Below, one piece after another: positions 53,690 to 62,458 of a stretch of 64,000 nt of DNA (positions are counted from its first letter, which is position 1; each line of letters starts with the position of its first letter). Where the stretch lies: the NCBI GenBank assembly GCA_031290985.1, contig JARLJW010000085.1, positions 42,766 to 106,765 on the forward strand, read 5' to 3'. The notes under the pieces were generated by a model. That model saw only the letters and a program-made list of their open reading frames with translations. It had not been told where the DNA came from and did not search any database. This DNA comes from Verrucomicrobiia bacterium (GTDB taxonomy: Bacteria > Verrucomicrobiota > Verrucomicrobiia > Limisphaerales > UBA11358). A program made the position numbers and the translations under genes.

Positions 53690-54153
53690 GGCATTGTGCG
53701 AGGATGGAGGATGGAGAATTGACGCATCACTTACTTTTGCGCGCCGGCGCGGTGAATCAGCCGGCGTGGGTTGGCAATCGCGACGGGCAGACCGATGAAC
53801 TTGCGGGCGAGCCGCCCGCGCTCCGAACGGCATGGGCCGCAGAACGAAGCCAAAACGAAGCCAAATTATGAGGCCTCGGGAGGACTTTGATGGACTGGCA
53901 AAAATTGCGTATATACCTTATAGATAATTGTTTGTGATATTTATCGACTCAAGGCGCGGGGTGGACAGAGGCAGGTAAAAATTACAGAACGAAGCCAAGC
54001 TGAAAGTGACGGGGGACGGGTGGCGGGTGGCCGGTCTGATTCCAAAAATCGTCCCCAATTATCATGGCCAGATTCTCGGGCCGTGATAAAAACGTGGTGA
54101 TTCTTTCGACATAGTGTCGGCAGCATCATCAACCAATCACGAAACGGAACGTT

Positions 54154-54315
54154 ATGGCCAAGGTAAGCCCTTATCACACCTATTCACCGGAATATCCACG
54201 CGAGGTCTATCACGACAAGGACACCTGCCCGGAGGGAAAACGGATCAAGCCCGAACACAAACAAGACGGCACCGGCGGCAAGCACCACTGCAAAGAATGC
54301 GACAAAGTTGGCTGA
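54154..54315 (+). CDS. Small Cys-rich protein (53 aa), not in the ORF track
   Basis: Hand translation: MAKVSPYHTYSPEYPREVYHDKDTCPEGKRIKPEHKQDGTGGKHHCKECDKVG. It has the pattern YH.....CP.G..I.......GTGGK..C..C. Confidence 0.45.
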   Translation: MAKVSPYHTYSPEYPREVYHDKDTCPEGKRIKPEHKQDGTGGKHHCKECDKVG

Positions 54316-54501
54316 TAGTCGGCGCTTGGAGGTTGGACGTTTGAAGCTTTGCCCCATCCGTGTTTGCTGGTGCGGCCCGCACTCCGTGGCTACCTCGTTG
54401 TTCTCCCTTCCTTGTCGCGCATCCATCATCCAGCGGGCCCGCGCAAGCCTACAAACGTATGCGTTAATGAAATTGTCAACCCGCCCGGCTGGCGATAGCT
54501 T

Positions 54502-57327
54502 GTGCCTGTGCTTTCCACGCAACAAATGTCCGCGTTGAACGCGGCCAATTGCGAAGTCGCGTTCGACAACCGGACGCGCCAGCTTTACGCCACGGACGCC
54601 TCGCCCTACCAGATCGTGCCGGGCGCGGTCGCCTTCCCCAAAAACACCAAGCAAGCCGCCGCCATCATCCAGGCCGCGCTGGTGGGCGGTTTGTCGGTGA
54701 CGCCGCGCGGCGCCGGCACCGGCCTCAGCGGCGGCGCGATCGGCGACGGCCTCATTGTTGATTTCGCCCGGCACAATCAGCAGATCTGGGACTTCGACAA
54801 GGAACGCGGCACGGTGCGCGTCGGCGCGGGCGTGGTGCTGGACCAGCTCAACAAGTTTCTCCAGGCGGAAGGCTATTGCTTCGGGCCGGATGTGGCGACC
54901 AGTTCGCGCGCGACGCTCGGCGGCATGATCGCCAACGATTCCTCGGGCGCGCATACGCCGGTCTACGGCACCACGGGCCATCATGTGAACGAGCTTGAAA
55001 TCGTCATGTGCGACGGCAAGATCACGCGCATCGGTGCAAACCTGGACACGCTGCACCTTCAGCGGCAGGTGCTGGACGATCTGCTGGCGTTGAATTCGCT
55101 GCAGATCTCCGAACGGTTTCCGCAGGGACTGTTGAAGCGCTGGCCGGGCTACGGCCTCGCCCGCGCCATCGAGCAGCCGGGCAGCCTCATTCCCATCCTG
55201 TGCGGCAGCGAAGGCACGCTGGCGGGCATTTTTTCGGCGGAATTGAAAATCTCCCCGCTGCCGGCGGAACGCGGCGTGGGCCTGATCTTTTTCGCCTCTG
55301 TCGCGGAGGCGATGCAGGCCACGGAGGCGTTGCTGGACCTGAAGCCGGCGGCCATCGAGCACGTGGACCGTCCGCTGTTTGACCAGACGCGCGACCAGCG
55401 GGATTTTCAAGCCGTCCGCGCCCTGCTGGACCTCGAGGCGCAACCGTGCGCGGCGATCCTGATCGTGGAGTTTTTTGAGAACTCCAAGGACAAGCTGGCG
55501 CAGATGCAAAAGCGGAAGCTCGGCTTGCGCCAGTTGATCCTGAAGAATGCGCGCGAGCAAAATCTGGTCTGGGCGATGCGCAAGGCCGGCCTTTCACTGC
55601 TGACGAGTTGCAAGGGCGACGCGAAGCCATCGTGCTTCATCGAGGATGCGGCGGTGCGCCCGCAGGACCTGCCCGCGTATGTTTCGGGTCTGGAGGCGCT
55701 GTTTGCGCGCGTCGGCGTGACGGGCTCGTTCTACGGCCACGCGGCGGCGGGACTGCTGCATGTCCGCCCGGTGCTCGACCTGCATGATGCCGGCGACCTG
55801 GCGAAGTTCCGGCTGATCGCGAATGAGACCGCCGCGCTGGTGGCGCAGTTCAAGGGTTCGCTCGCGGCGGAGCACGGCGTGGGCATCGCGCGCACGGAAT
55901 TTCTCCGGGAGCAGATCGGCCCCGAACTCTACCGGGTGATGCGCGAGATCAAGGCGTCATTTGATCCCAACAACCTATTCAACCCCGGCAAGATCATTGA
56001 CGATGGGCGTTACAAGATTGATGCGAACCTGCGAATGAGCCCGGACAAGCGCATCGTGCCGCCTTTCGAACCGCATCTGGCCTTCGCGGCGCGCGATGAA
56101 TCATTCGTCGCCAACCTCGAACAGTGCAACGGCTGTGGCGGCTGCCGCAAGGCCCCACCGACGATGTGTCCCACTTTTGTGGCCACCGGCGAGGAAGGCA
56201 TGTCCACGCGCGGCCGCGCCAACCTAATCCGCGCCGTGCTGGAAAACCGCGGCTCCGGTGCCGACCCGTTGCTGTCCGATGAGCTGGAATTCGCGCTGTC
56301 CAACTGCCTGAGCTGCCGCGCCTGCACGAGCGAATGCCCGTCCAACGTGAACATGGCGTTGCTCAAGGCCGAACTGCTCCACGCGAAGACCAAGAAGCAT
56401 GGCCTGACCCTGCAACAACGCCTGATCAGCTCGGTGGATTTCCTCGGACGCATGGGCACGAAGCTGCCGGCGCTCACCAATTTTCTATTCCGGTCGCGCT
56501 CCATCCGTCACATCATCGGGAAGATGTCCGGCTTTTCCGGGGAACGGCAGCTCCCCGAATACGCGAGCGAACGTTTCGACCGCTGGTTCAGCAAGCGCGA
56601 ACACGACACCCACGGCCAACGCGGTCGCGTGGTACTGTGGGACGACACCTTCACGCGCTATCACGAGCCGAACATCGGCATCGCCGCCGTGGCGGTGCTG
56701 GAGGCGGCAGGCTATTACGTCACCCTGCCCCAGCAACGGAAATGCTGCGGCCGCCCGGCCTTCAGCGCGGGCAACCTCGACGAGGCGGAGAAGCTCGGCG
56801 CGCACAACCTGGCGATCCTCGCGAACGACGACGCGCCGATCATTTTCCTGGAGCCGTCCTGCTACTCGATGTTTGCCGAGGATTACCGCGAACTGGGATT
56901 GCCCGGCGCGCAGGAGATCGCCGCGCGCTGCGTCTTGTTCGAGGATTTCATCGGCAACCTGTTGCGGCAGGAGCCGGAAGCGTTGCGTTTCGACCACGAA
57001 CACGGCCGCGTGGCCATTCATTCCCATTGCCATGCCAAGGCGTTGTCGAACCCGAAGAACGCGCTGCAGCTCGCCGCCCGCCTGCCCAACCGCACTGTAA
57101 CGATGCTCGAAACCGGCTGCTGCGGCATGGCCGGCGCGTTCGGGATGCAGGCCTCGAAATACGAACTCTCCCTGAAAGTCGCCGAGCCGCTGATTGAGCA
57201 AATCAAGCATCAGCCCTACGGCACCACGGTGGTGTTGTCCGGCACAAGCTGCCGCCATCAAGTCACGCACCTCGTCACCGTCCGCGTCAAACACATGGCC
57301 GAAATCCTGGCCGAGGCGCTGGTCTGA
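54502..57327 (+). CDS. FAD-binding oxidase fused to an Fe-S / CCG-domain subunit (GlcD-GlcF type; D-lactate or glycolate dehydrogenase-like)
   Basis: FAD PCMH domain (PRGAGTGLSGGA), two ferredoxin-type Cys clusters (CNGCGGCRKAPPTMCP and CLSCRACTSECP) and C-terminal CCG repeats. GTG 54502 or ATG 54526. Confidence 0.94.
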   Translation: MPVLSTQQMSALNAANCEVAFDNRTRQLYATDASPYQIVPGAVAFPKNTKQAAAIIQAALVGGLSVTPRGAGTGLSGGAIGDGLIVDFARHNQQIWDFDKERGTVRVGAGVVLDQLNKFLQAEGYCFGPDVATSSRATLGGMIANDSSGAHTPVYGTTGHHVNELEIVMCDGKITRIGANLDTLHLQRQVLDDLLALNSLQISERFPQGLLKRWPGYGLARAIEQPGSLIPILCGSEGTLAGIFSAELKISPLPAERGVGLIFFASVAEAMQATEALLDLKPAAIEHVDRPLFDQTRDQRDFQAVRALLDLEAQPCAAILIVEFFENSKDKLAQMQKRKLGLRQLILKNAREQNLVWAMRKAGLSLLTSCKGDAKPSCFIEDAAVRPQDLPAYVSGLEALFARVGVTGSFYGHAAAGLLHVRPVLDLHDAGDLAKFRLIANETAALVAQFKGSLAAEHGVGIARTEFLREQIGPELYRVMREIKASFDPNNLFNPGKIIDDGRYKIDANLRMSPDKRIVPPFEPHLAFAARDESFVANLEQCNGCGGCRKAPPTMCPTFVATGEEGMSTRGRANLIRAVLENRGSGADPLLSDELEFALSNCLSCRACTSECPSNVNMALLKAELLHAKTKKHGLTLQQRLISSVDFLGRMGTKLPALTNFLFRSRSIRHIIGKMSGFSGERQLPEYASERFDRWFSKREHDTHGQRGRVVLWDDTFTRYHEPNIGIAAVAVLEAAGYYVTLPQQRKCCGRPAFSAGNLDEAEKLGAHNLAILANDDAPIIFLEPSCYSMFAEDYRELGLPGAQEIAARCVLFEDFIGNLLRQEPEALRFDHEHGRVAIHSHCHAKALSNPKNALQLAARLPNRTVTMLETGCCGMAGAFGMQASKYELSLKVAEPLIEQIKHQPYGTTVVLSGTSCRHQVTHLVTVRVKHMAEILAEALV

Positions 57328-57332
57328 GCAGT

Positions 57333-57719
57333 TTAAACGTCTTCCGGCGACATCCCGATGCCCACAATGCTGCAAGCTTGGATCACCTTCAAGCCCAGCC
57401 GCTCCGCCGCGATCAGCACCTCGTCGGATTCCGTCCCCGGATTCAGCCAAAGCTCGTCACAACCGCGCGCGGCGATGTCCGGCAGCACTTTCACCAGCAC
57501 CGCCGGCGGCAGATAAACGCTGACGAGATTCGGGCGGACGGGAACTTCCGCGATGCTCTTGAACGCTGGCAAACCCTCGATCCCGGTTTCCTTCGGGTTC
57601 ACCGGATAAACGGTAAAACCTTGGCGCACGAAGGCCCGCACGGCCTTGTTGCCGAATTTGCTCCGGTCAGCGGAAGCTCCAATGATGGCTATGGTTTTCA
57701 TGGTCAAATTTTCGAACAA
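57333..57719 (-). CDS. CoA-binding domain protein
   Basis: KTIAIIGASADRSKFGNKA..., about 120 aa of Rossmann-like CoA_binding_2 type. The alternative ATG at 57701 removes the overlap with the upstream gene. Confidence 0.88.
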   Translation of the reverse strand: MFENLTMKTIAIIGASADRSKFGNKAVRAFVRQGFTVYPVNPKETGIEGLPAFKSIAEVPVRPNLVSVYLPPAVLVKVLPDIAARGCDELWLNPGTESDEVLIAAERLGLKVIQACSIVGIGMSPEDV

Positions 57720-58624
57720 AGATCCTGCAACGCCGGCGGCAGTTTGGAAAATTGAAATTGAAAACCGGCCGCGCGGAAACGTTTCGGTTCACAACGCTGG
57801 CTCGCCAGTGCCAGCGACGGTTCGCTGCCCATCAACCGCGCGCCCAGCCTCACCGCAAACTCCGGCACCGGCGGACTCCAAGGGCGGTGCAGCGCCCCGC
57901 GGAGTTCGTGCATGAACTCCGCATTGGTCACCGCAGCCGGCGCGACGGCGTTGAACACGCCCGCGGCCTTCTCGTTTTCCACGACCGCGGCAAACATCCG
58001 CACCAAGTCTCCGAGGTGTATCCAACTAATGTATTGCCCGCCGTCGCCTACCGCACCGCCCAAAAACAGCCGCGTCAGCCGCGCCAACACCGGGAACGCA
58101 CCGCCCTCGCGCCCCAGCACAAAACCGATACGCAAAATCACCTTGCGCGTCTGGGGCACCTTCGCGACATCAAAAGCCGCCTCCCAGTCGCGGCAAACGT
58201 TCGCCAGCGCGTCGCCACCGTTTGGTGCCGACTCGTCGCATAATTCCCCCCGCGTATCGCCGTAAAACCCCACCGCACCCGCCTGCACCCACACGCGCGG
58301 CGGTGTTTTCACGTGATCCAGGACGGCGGCGAGCGTTTGCACGGAATTGACCCGCGAACTGGCAATGGCGCGCAGGTTTTCCGGCGTGTGCGGGCAATTG
58401 ATGTTCCGGCCGGCCAGATTGATCACCGCCTCCGCTTCATTCAAGCATTGAATCCACTCTCCCGGATGCTCGCCATCCCACGCCAACTCGCGGATGCCAT
58501 CCGTCCGCAGGCGCGGCGCGCGCGTCAGCACGATGACCTCAAACCCGCGGGCGCAAAATTCCACCGCCAGCGCGGTGCCGATAAACCCGCTGCCCCCGGC
58601 GATGACGATACGTTTTTTGCTCAT
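57704..58624 (-). CDS. TIGR01777 (YfcH/SDR39U1) epimerase-family protein with C-terminal DUF1731
   Basis: IVIAGGSGFIGTAL Rossmann motif and the characteristic C-terminal ...RCEPKRFRAAGFQFQF. Confidence 0.92.
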   Translation of the reverse strand: MSKKRIVIAGGSGFIGTALAVEFCARGFEVIVLTRAPRLRTDGIRELAWDGEHPGEWIQCLNEAEAVINLAGRNINCPHTPENLRAIASSRVNSVQTLAAVLDHVKTPPRVWVQAGAVGFYGDTRGELCDESAPNGGDALANVCRDWEAAFDVAKVPQTRKVILRIGFVLGREGGAFPVLARLTRLFLGGAVGDGGQYISWIHLGDLVRMFAAVVENEKAAGVFNAVAPAAVTNAEFMHELRGALHRPWSPPVPEFAVRLGARLMGSEPSLALASQRCEPKRFRAAGFQFQFSKLPPALQDLCSKI

Positions 58625-58631
58625 GCCCTGG

Positions 58632-59048
58632 TCACTTTAGCAACACCAATTGCGGCACATTCGCGGCGGTGAACGGATTGACCGTAAATTCGGCCTGCTC
58701 CAGCTGCCGCAGCCAGCCCGCGATCAACTGTTGCACGGTTGTAAGATCCAGCCGTTCGTGCACGGCGGGATATTTTTCCAGGTTGGTCCGCGCCAGCTTG
58801 AACAGCGCTGCCGCAGGACGCAGCCGCTGCTTTTGCAGATGCACAAACGCACCAGCCAGTTGGATGAGCCCCTTGTAAAAGCTGCCGTTCACGCCGCCGC
58901 GGTCCGGCAGCCACAGGTCTTCCAAGAGGTCATGCGCCTCGTAGAATTTCTGCCGGTTGAACAATGCAATATAGCCCGCGTAGCGGGGGTCCACCCCGTC
59001 GGCGGCGAAGCCTTTGGCCAGTTCCGCGATGCGCTCATGCTTGTTCAC
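58632..59048 (-). CDS. DUF309 domain protein
   Basis: LFNRQKFYEAHDLLEDLW motif. Confidence 0.85.
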   Translation of the reverse strand: MNKHERIAELAKGFAADGVDPRYAGYIALFNRQKFYEAHDLLEDLWLPDRGGVNGSFYKGLIQLAGAFVHLQKQRLRPAAALFKLARTNLEKYPAVHERLDLTTVQQLIAGWLRQLEQAEFTVNPFTAANVPQLVLLK

Positions 59049-59177
59049 GCCCGCAGTCTAATCCCGCGCCGGAAAATCTAAAGCAAAGTCTCCGCTGGAC
59101 GATGTATAACCTAGAACCGGGAATAAAGCCCGGCAATGAGGTAAGATTGGCTGGTTGGTTCGGTTGCTTCTGCGAAA

Positions 59178-59212
59178 CGAAAACGGTGCGGCTGGTTACC
59201 GCGCCGTTTTCG
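59178..59212. other. Strong 14-bp-stem hairpin in the DUF309/parB divergent intergenic region
   Basis: cgaaaacggtgcgg-ctggtta-ccgcgccgttttcg, with one G-T pair. Followed on the + strand by acttttc. Confidence 0.6.
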
Positions 59213-59303
59213 ACTTTTCACCCCTCCGCCAAGGCGCGCTGCCGGCAGCCCCGCCACCGGGACTGAAATTGACTTTGGCGCGGCTCAACGGCAAGCTGCA
59301 TTC

Positions 59304-60230
59304 ATGTCTAAACCTGCATTGGGACGCGGGCTCGGCGCCTTGCTGAGCGGCAGCCCTCCCATCACGAATCCAGCCCCGGCGGCACCCGCACCCGTCGCGG
59401 CGCCGGCTCCCCCGCTCGATTCGCGCGAGCGCGTCCAGCGCGTGCCGTTGAACCGGATCCGTCCCACCGCGATGCAGCCGCGCAAGGAATTTTCCGCTGA
59501 AGCCTTGAAGGAACTGGCTGATTCCATAAGGGAGCAAGGCATCGTCCAGCCGCTCATCGTGCGCGAACGCGACGGCTTTTTCGAACTCATCGCCGGCGAA
59601 CGCCGCTGGCGCGCGGCCCAGTTGCTGAACCTGGCCGAGGTTCCCGTCATCACCCGCGAGGCCGATGACCGCACGGTGCTGGAACTGGCGCTGATCGAAA
59701 ACCTGCAGCGTGAGAACCTTAACGCGCTGGAAGAAGCCGTGGGCTATGCGCAACTGGCGGAGCAATTCCAGCTCACCCAGGAGCAGATCGCCACCAAGGT
59801 CGGCAAAAGCCGCGCCGCCGTGGCCAACGCCACCCGCCTGCTCAAGCTGCCGGTGGCCGTGCAGGCCTTCATCCGCGACGGACGCCTTTCGGTCGGCCAC
59901 GCCAAGGTGATTCTCGGTCTGGGCGATGGCCCGCTGCAATCTCTGGCCGCCGAACGCATCATCAAGGACGGCTTGAACGTCCGGCAGGCGGAAGGCCTCA
60001 TCGCCAAGCTGCAATCCCGGGGCGCCCGCACCTCCGGCGACACGTCCAAAGCCCGGGCCATCGTCCCCGTCGATTCCAACATCGGGCGGCTGGAGGAAAA
60101 GTTGCGTGAAAAATTCGGCACCAAGGTCAATTTGAAATATTCACAGGGCAAGGGCGCGGTGGAGATCTCCTTTTTCAGCGACGACCAATTACAGCATATC
60201 CTTGAAATTCTCAACATTAACGCAGACTAA
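59304..60230 (+). CDS. parB: Chromosome partitioning protein ParB/Spo0J
   Basis: MSKPALGRGLGALL, ParB box ELIAGERRWRAA, HTH region, C-terminal dimerisation domain. Confidence 0.95.
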   Translation: MSKPALGRGLGALLSGSPPITNPAPAAPAPVAAPAPPLDSRERVQRVPLNRIRPTAMQPRKEFSAEALKELADSIREQGIVQPLIVRERDGFFELIAGERRWRAAQLLNLAEVPVITREADDRTVLELALIENLQRENLNALEEAVGYAQLAEQFQLTQEQIATKVGKSRAAVANATRLLKLPVAVQAFIRDGRLSVGHAKVILGLGDGPLQSLAAERIIKDGLNVRQAEGLIAKLQSRGARTSGDTSKARAIVPVDSNIGRLEEKLREKFGTKVNLKYSQGKGAVEISFFSDDQLQHILEILNINAD

Positions 60231-60231
60231 C

Positions 60232-60259
60232 GAGTGACGCGTGGCGAATGACATGTGAC
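60232..60259. repeat. Left arm of the inverted repeat flanking the four-helix-bundle gene
   Basis: gagtgacgcgtggcgaatgacatgtgac. Its reverse complement matches 60688-60715 at 23 of 28 positions. Confidence 0.7.
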
Positions 60260-60278
60260 ATGACGCATCAGGAATAAT

Positions 60279-60722
60279 ATGGCTTCCACGAATCCGACGC
60301 CCGCAAACGACCGGCTTGAGTCTTTCGGGATTTACCAGCTTGCCTGCCAGTTGTTTCAAGACTTCTGGCCGGACTCAGAAATAATGGGGAAGGATTATCG
60401 CGGGCGAGAACTGGTCAAACAACAAGTCCGAAGCCTGGACTCAATCTTGGCGAATATTGAAGAAGGTTTCGGCCGTGGTTTCGGCAAGGAGCTTCCTCAA
60501 CATCTGAAGATTGCACGCGGTGAAGCGAGGGAAAGCCGAGGGTGCTATTCGCGGAGCAACCATTTGCTGCCCGCTGATTTGATCCAAAACCGACAGGCCA
60601 CGTTGGATCACATCATCGGCGGCCTTACCAACACCATCAACACCATCGAATCAAAACAAAGGCGCCTGGCAGATGCGCCAGCCCCCCGTCACCCGTCATC
60701 CGCCACCTGTCACTCTCTATGA
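60279..60722 (+). CDS. Four-helix-bundle protein (TIGR02436 / 23S rRNA intervening-sequence protein family; Avd-like)
   Basis: FGIYQLACQL..., SILANIEEGFGR, L.IARGEARESR. Confidence 0.9.
   Translation: MASTNPTPANDRLESFGIYQLACQLFQDFWPDSEIMGKDYRGRELVKQQVRSLDSILANIEEGFGRGFGKELPQHLKIARGEARESRGCYSRSNHLLPADLIQNRQATLDHIIGGLTNTINTIESKQRRLADAPAPRHPSSATCHSL
60688..60715. repeat. Right arm of the inverted repeat flanking the four-helix-bundle gene
   Basis: gtcacccgtcatccgccacctgtcactc. Lies within the last codons of the ORF. Confidence 0.7.
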
Positions 60723-61288
60723 TTTTACCAGTTGTTAAATTCGGAACCCCCGTCCTCCGCGAACGAGGCGCAAAAATCGAAAGCATCACGCCCGAGATCA
60801 AGAAGCTGATCACCGACATGTTCGAGACCATGGAAGAAAACCACGGCGTCGGGCTCGCCGCCCAGCAGGTCGGCGTGGCCAAACAGCTAACCGTGATCGA
60901 CGTGCGCGAGGTGAAGGACCGCCCGTCCTGGGTCGAAATCGGCGGCAAGCCGGTCGATGTCGCGGAAATCATGCCGCTGGTGCTCATCAACCCCGAGGTC
61001 ACCCCGGTCGGCGAGGCCGTCAAAGGCAGCGAAGGCTGTTTGAGCTTTCCGGAGATCTACGCGGAGATCTCCCGCCCGGAATCCGTGGATGTATCAGCCC
61101 TCGATGCGAAGGGCAAGCCCATCACCTTCCGCTGCGGCGGCCTGCTCGCCCGCGCCGTGCAACACGAGACCGATCATCTGAACGGCCTGCTGTTCATCGA
61201 CCGCATGGAGAAGAAGGTCAAGCTGGAATTGCAGCCCGAACTCGACGCTTTGCAGGCGGAGACCAAGGCCGCCCTCAAAAAGAAATAA
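60719..61288 (+). CDS. def: Peptide deformylase
   Basis: GVGLAAQQVG, EGCLSFP, QHETDHLNG. Confidence 0.95.
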   Translation: MILPVVKFGTPVLRERGAKIESITPEIKKLITDMFETMEENHGVGLAAQQVGVAKQLTVIDVREVKDRPSWVEIGGKPVDVAEIMPLVLINPEVTPVGEAVKGSEGCLSFPEIYAEISRPESVDVSALDAKGKPITFRCGGLLARAVQHETDHLNGLLFIDRMEKKVKLELQPELDALQAETKAALKKK

Positions 61289-61309
61289 GGCCTCCTCACC
61301 CCCCTGCCG

Positions 61310-62356
61310 CTAGATGCCGATCCGGTTGCGGAGCGCGTCAATCCTCAGGTCGATCCGCCAGTGAATGCCGTCCCATGACCATAACGGAAACGACCAGTAG
61401 TTCGCGCTCTTGGCCCGTCGCATATAACCCTTGCGCTTTTTGTACTGGAAAGGTTTTCCATACTTTTTGGCCGCCACGAAGTTTTGCGTCCAGTCGCCCT
61501 CAAAAAGGCGGGCGAGGATTTTCTGACACCCGGCGTCCTGGCTCGTATACTGGGGCAGTTGACCGTCCGGGAAGTACGGAGCCCCCATGTTCCAATAAAC
61601 CAGCTTGTTCGCGGAAAGGCGGTACGCCTCCACCCGGGGATTCAATATTTTGGCAAAGGCGGACAGGGCGGACTGGCATTTCAGCAGATACTTGCAGCGT
61701 GACAACAGCAGGCAGTCCAGCAGGGCGTGCTCGCCCTTGGCAAAATTATCCTCCTGCTCCAGATCCTTGTGGTGCGTCACCTTTCCCGAATTGACAACCC
61801 GGATGGCCGGATGCTGCGCCCGGACTTTTTCAACGAATTCATTTTCATCCGTCGCGATGAAGATCAGGTCGATGGCGGGATGGGAGGCGATGAAGTCCCG
61901 CACCAATGCGAGAAAATCATCCTGGGAAACAGGGTTGGTCTCGATCGTCGCCTTGTTTTTATCCGTGCCGCGGTAATGCAAACCCAATGCGCCATCGAGC
62001 GCCGGAAACTCATCCGCCCGCCGGACGATCCGCTCCGGCACCCGGAAGAATTTCCGCCACAGGGCGCTGATATAATCCCAGTCATTTCCCAGGGTGGTTT
62101 TATAGTCTTCATGCGCCGTCTCGAGATTCACCTCGCGGGCCGGCCCGGTCGCCGGTTCATAGTTCAGCTCCAACAGCCCGGGGATCACCAAAAAATCATC
62201 CGGGCGGCCATACAAGGCCGAGCGGATCGCCCATTCCGGCCGGATATCTTGCTGGTCGAGATAGGGCAGGATTTCAAAAACCCACAGAAAAACTTGTCCA
62301 AAAAGCCCCTCCTGAAGCTGGCTGGCCGAGGTCGAAATTTTGATTTTTTTGGTCAT
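61310..62356 (-). CDS. Glycosyltransferase with FUT8/NodZ-type (GT23-like) fucosyltransferase motifs
   Basis: LGLHYRGTDK (compare HVRRTDK), IFIATDENEF (compare YLATDDP), HALLDCLLLSRCKYLLKCQSALS (compare [21 protein letters not shown]). The ATG at 62356 is preferred over the track's TTG at 62428. Confidence 0.8.
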   Translation of the reverse strand: MTKKIKISTSASQLQEGLFGQVFLWVFEILPYLDQQDIRPEWAIRSALYGRPDDFLVIPGLLELNYEPATGPAREVNLETAHEDYKTTLGNDWDYISALWRKFFRVPERIVRRADEFPALDGALGLHYRGTDKNKATIETNPVSQDDFLALVRDFIASHPAIDLIFIATDENEFVEKVRAQHPAIRVVNSGKVTHHKDLEQEDNFAKGEHALLDCLLLSRCKYLLKCQSALSAFAKILNPRVEAYRLSANKLVYWNMGAPYFPDGQLPQYTSQDAGCQKILARLFEGDWTQNFVAAKKYGKPFQYKKRKGYMRRAKSANYWSFPLWSWDGIHWRIDLRIDALRNRIGI

Positions 62357-62458
62357 GCCATAATTCTGCCGGCTTTGGTTTCCGTCCCGGCCACGCGTAA
62401 GTGAACCAAAGGTTTTGCCGGCAGGCAATACAAGTTGGGGAAAGGCGGAACCTGCAGT

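Noticed and set aside
54184-55560. 458-aa ORF on the - strand
   Set aside because: It is antisense to the N-terminal FAD domain of the GlcD/GlcF-type oxidase. The same reasoning applies to 24884-26242, 21606-22748, 34562-35713, 1714-3075, 41771-42961, 56485-57450 and similar track entries.
58305-58320. parS-like sequence gttttcacgtgatcca inside the yfcH-like gene
   Set aside because: It has 4 mismatches to the 16-bp consensus TGTTTCACGTGAAACA, including both outer and inner positions. This is too weak without further evidence.
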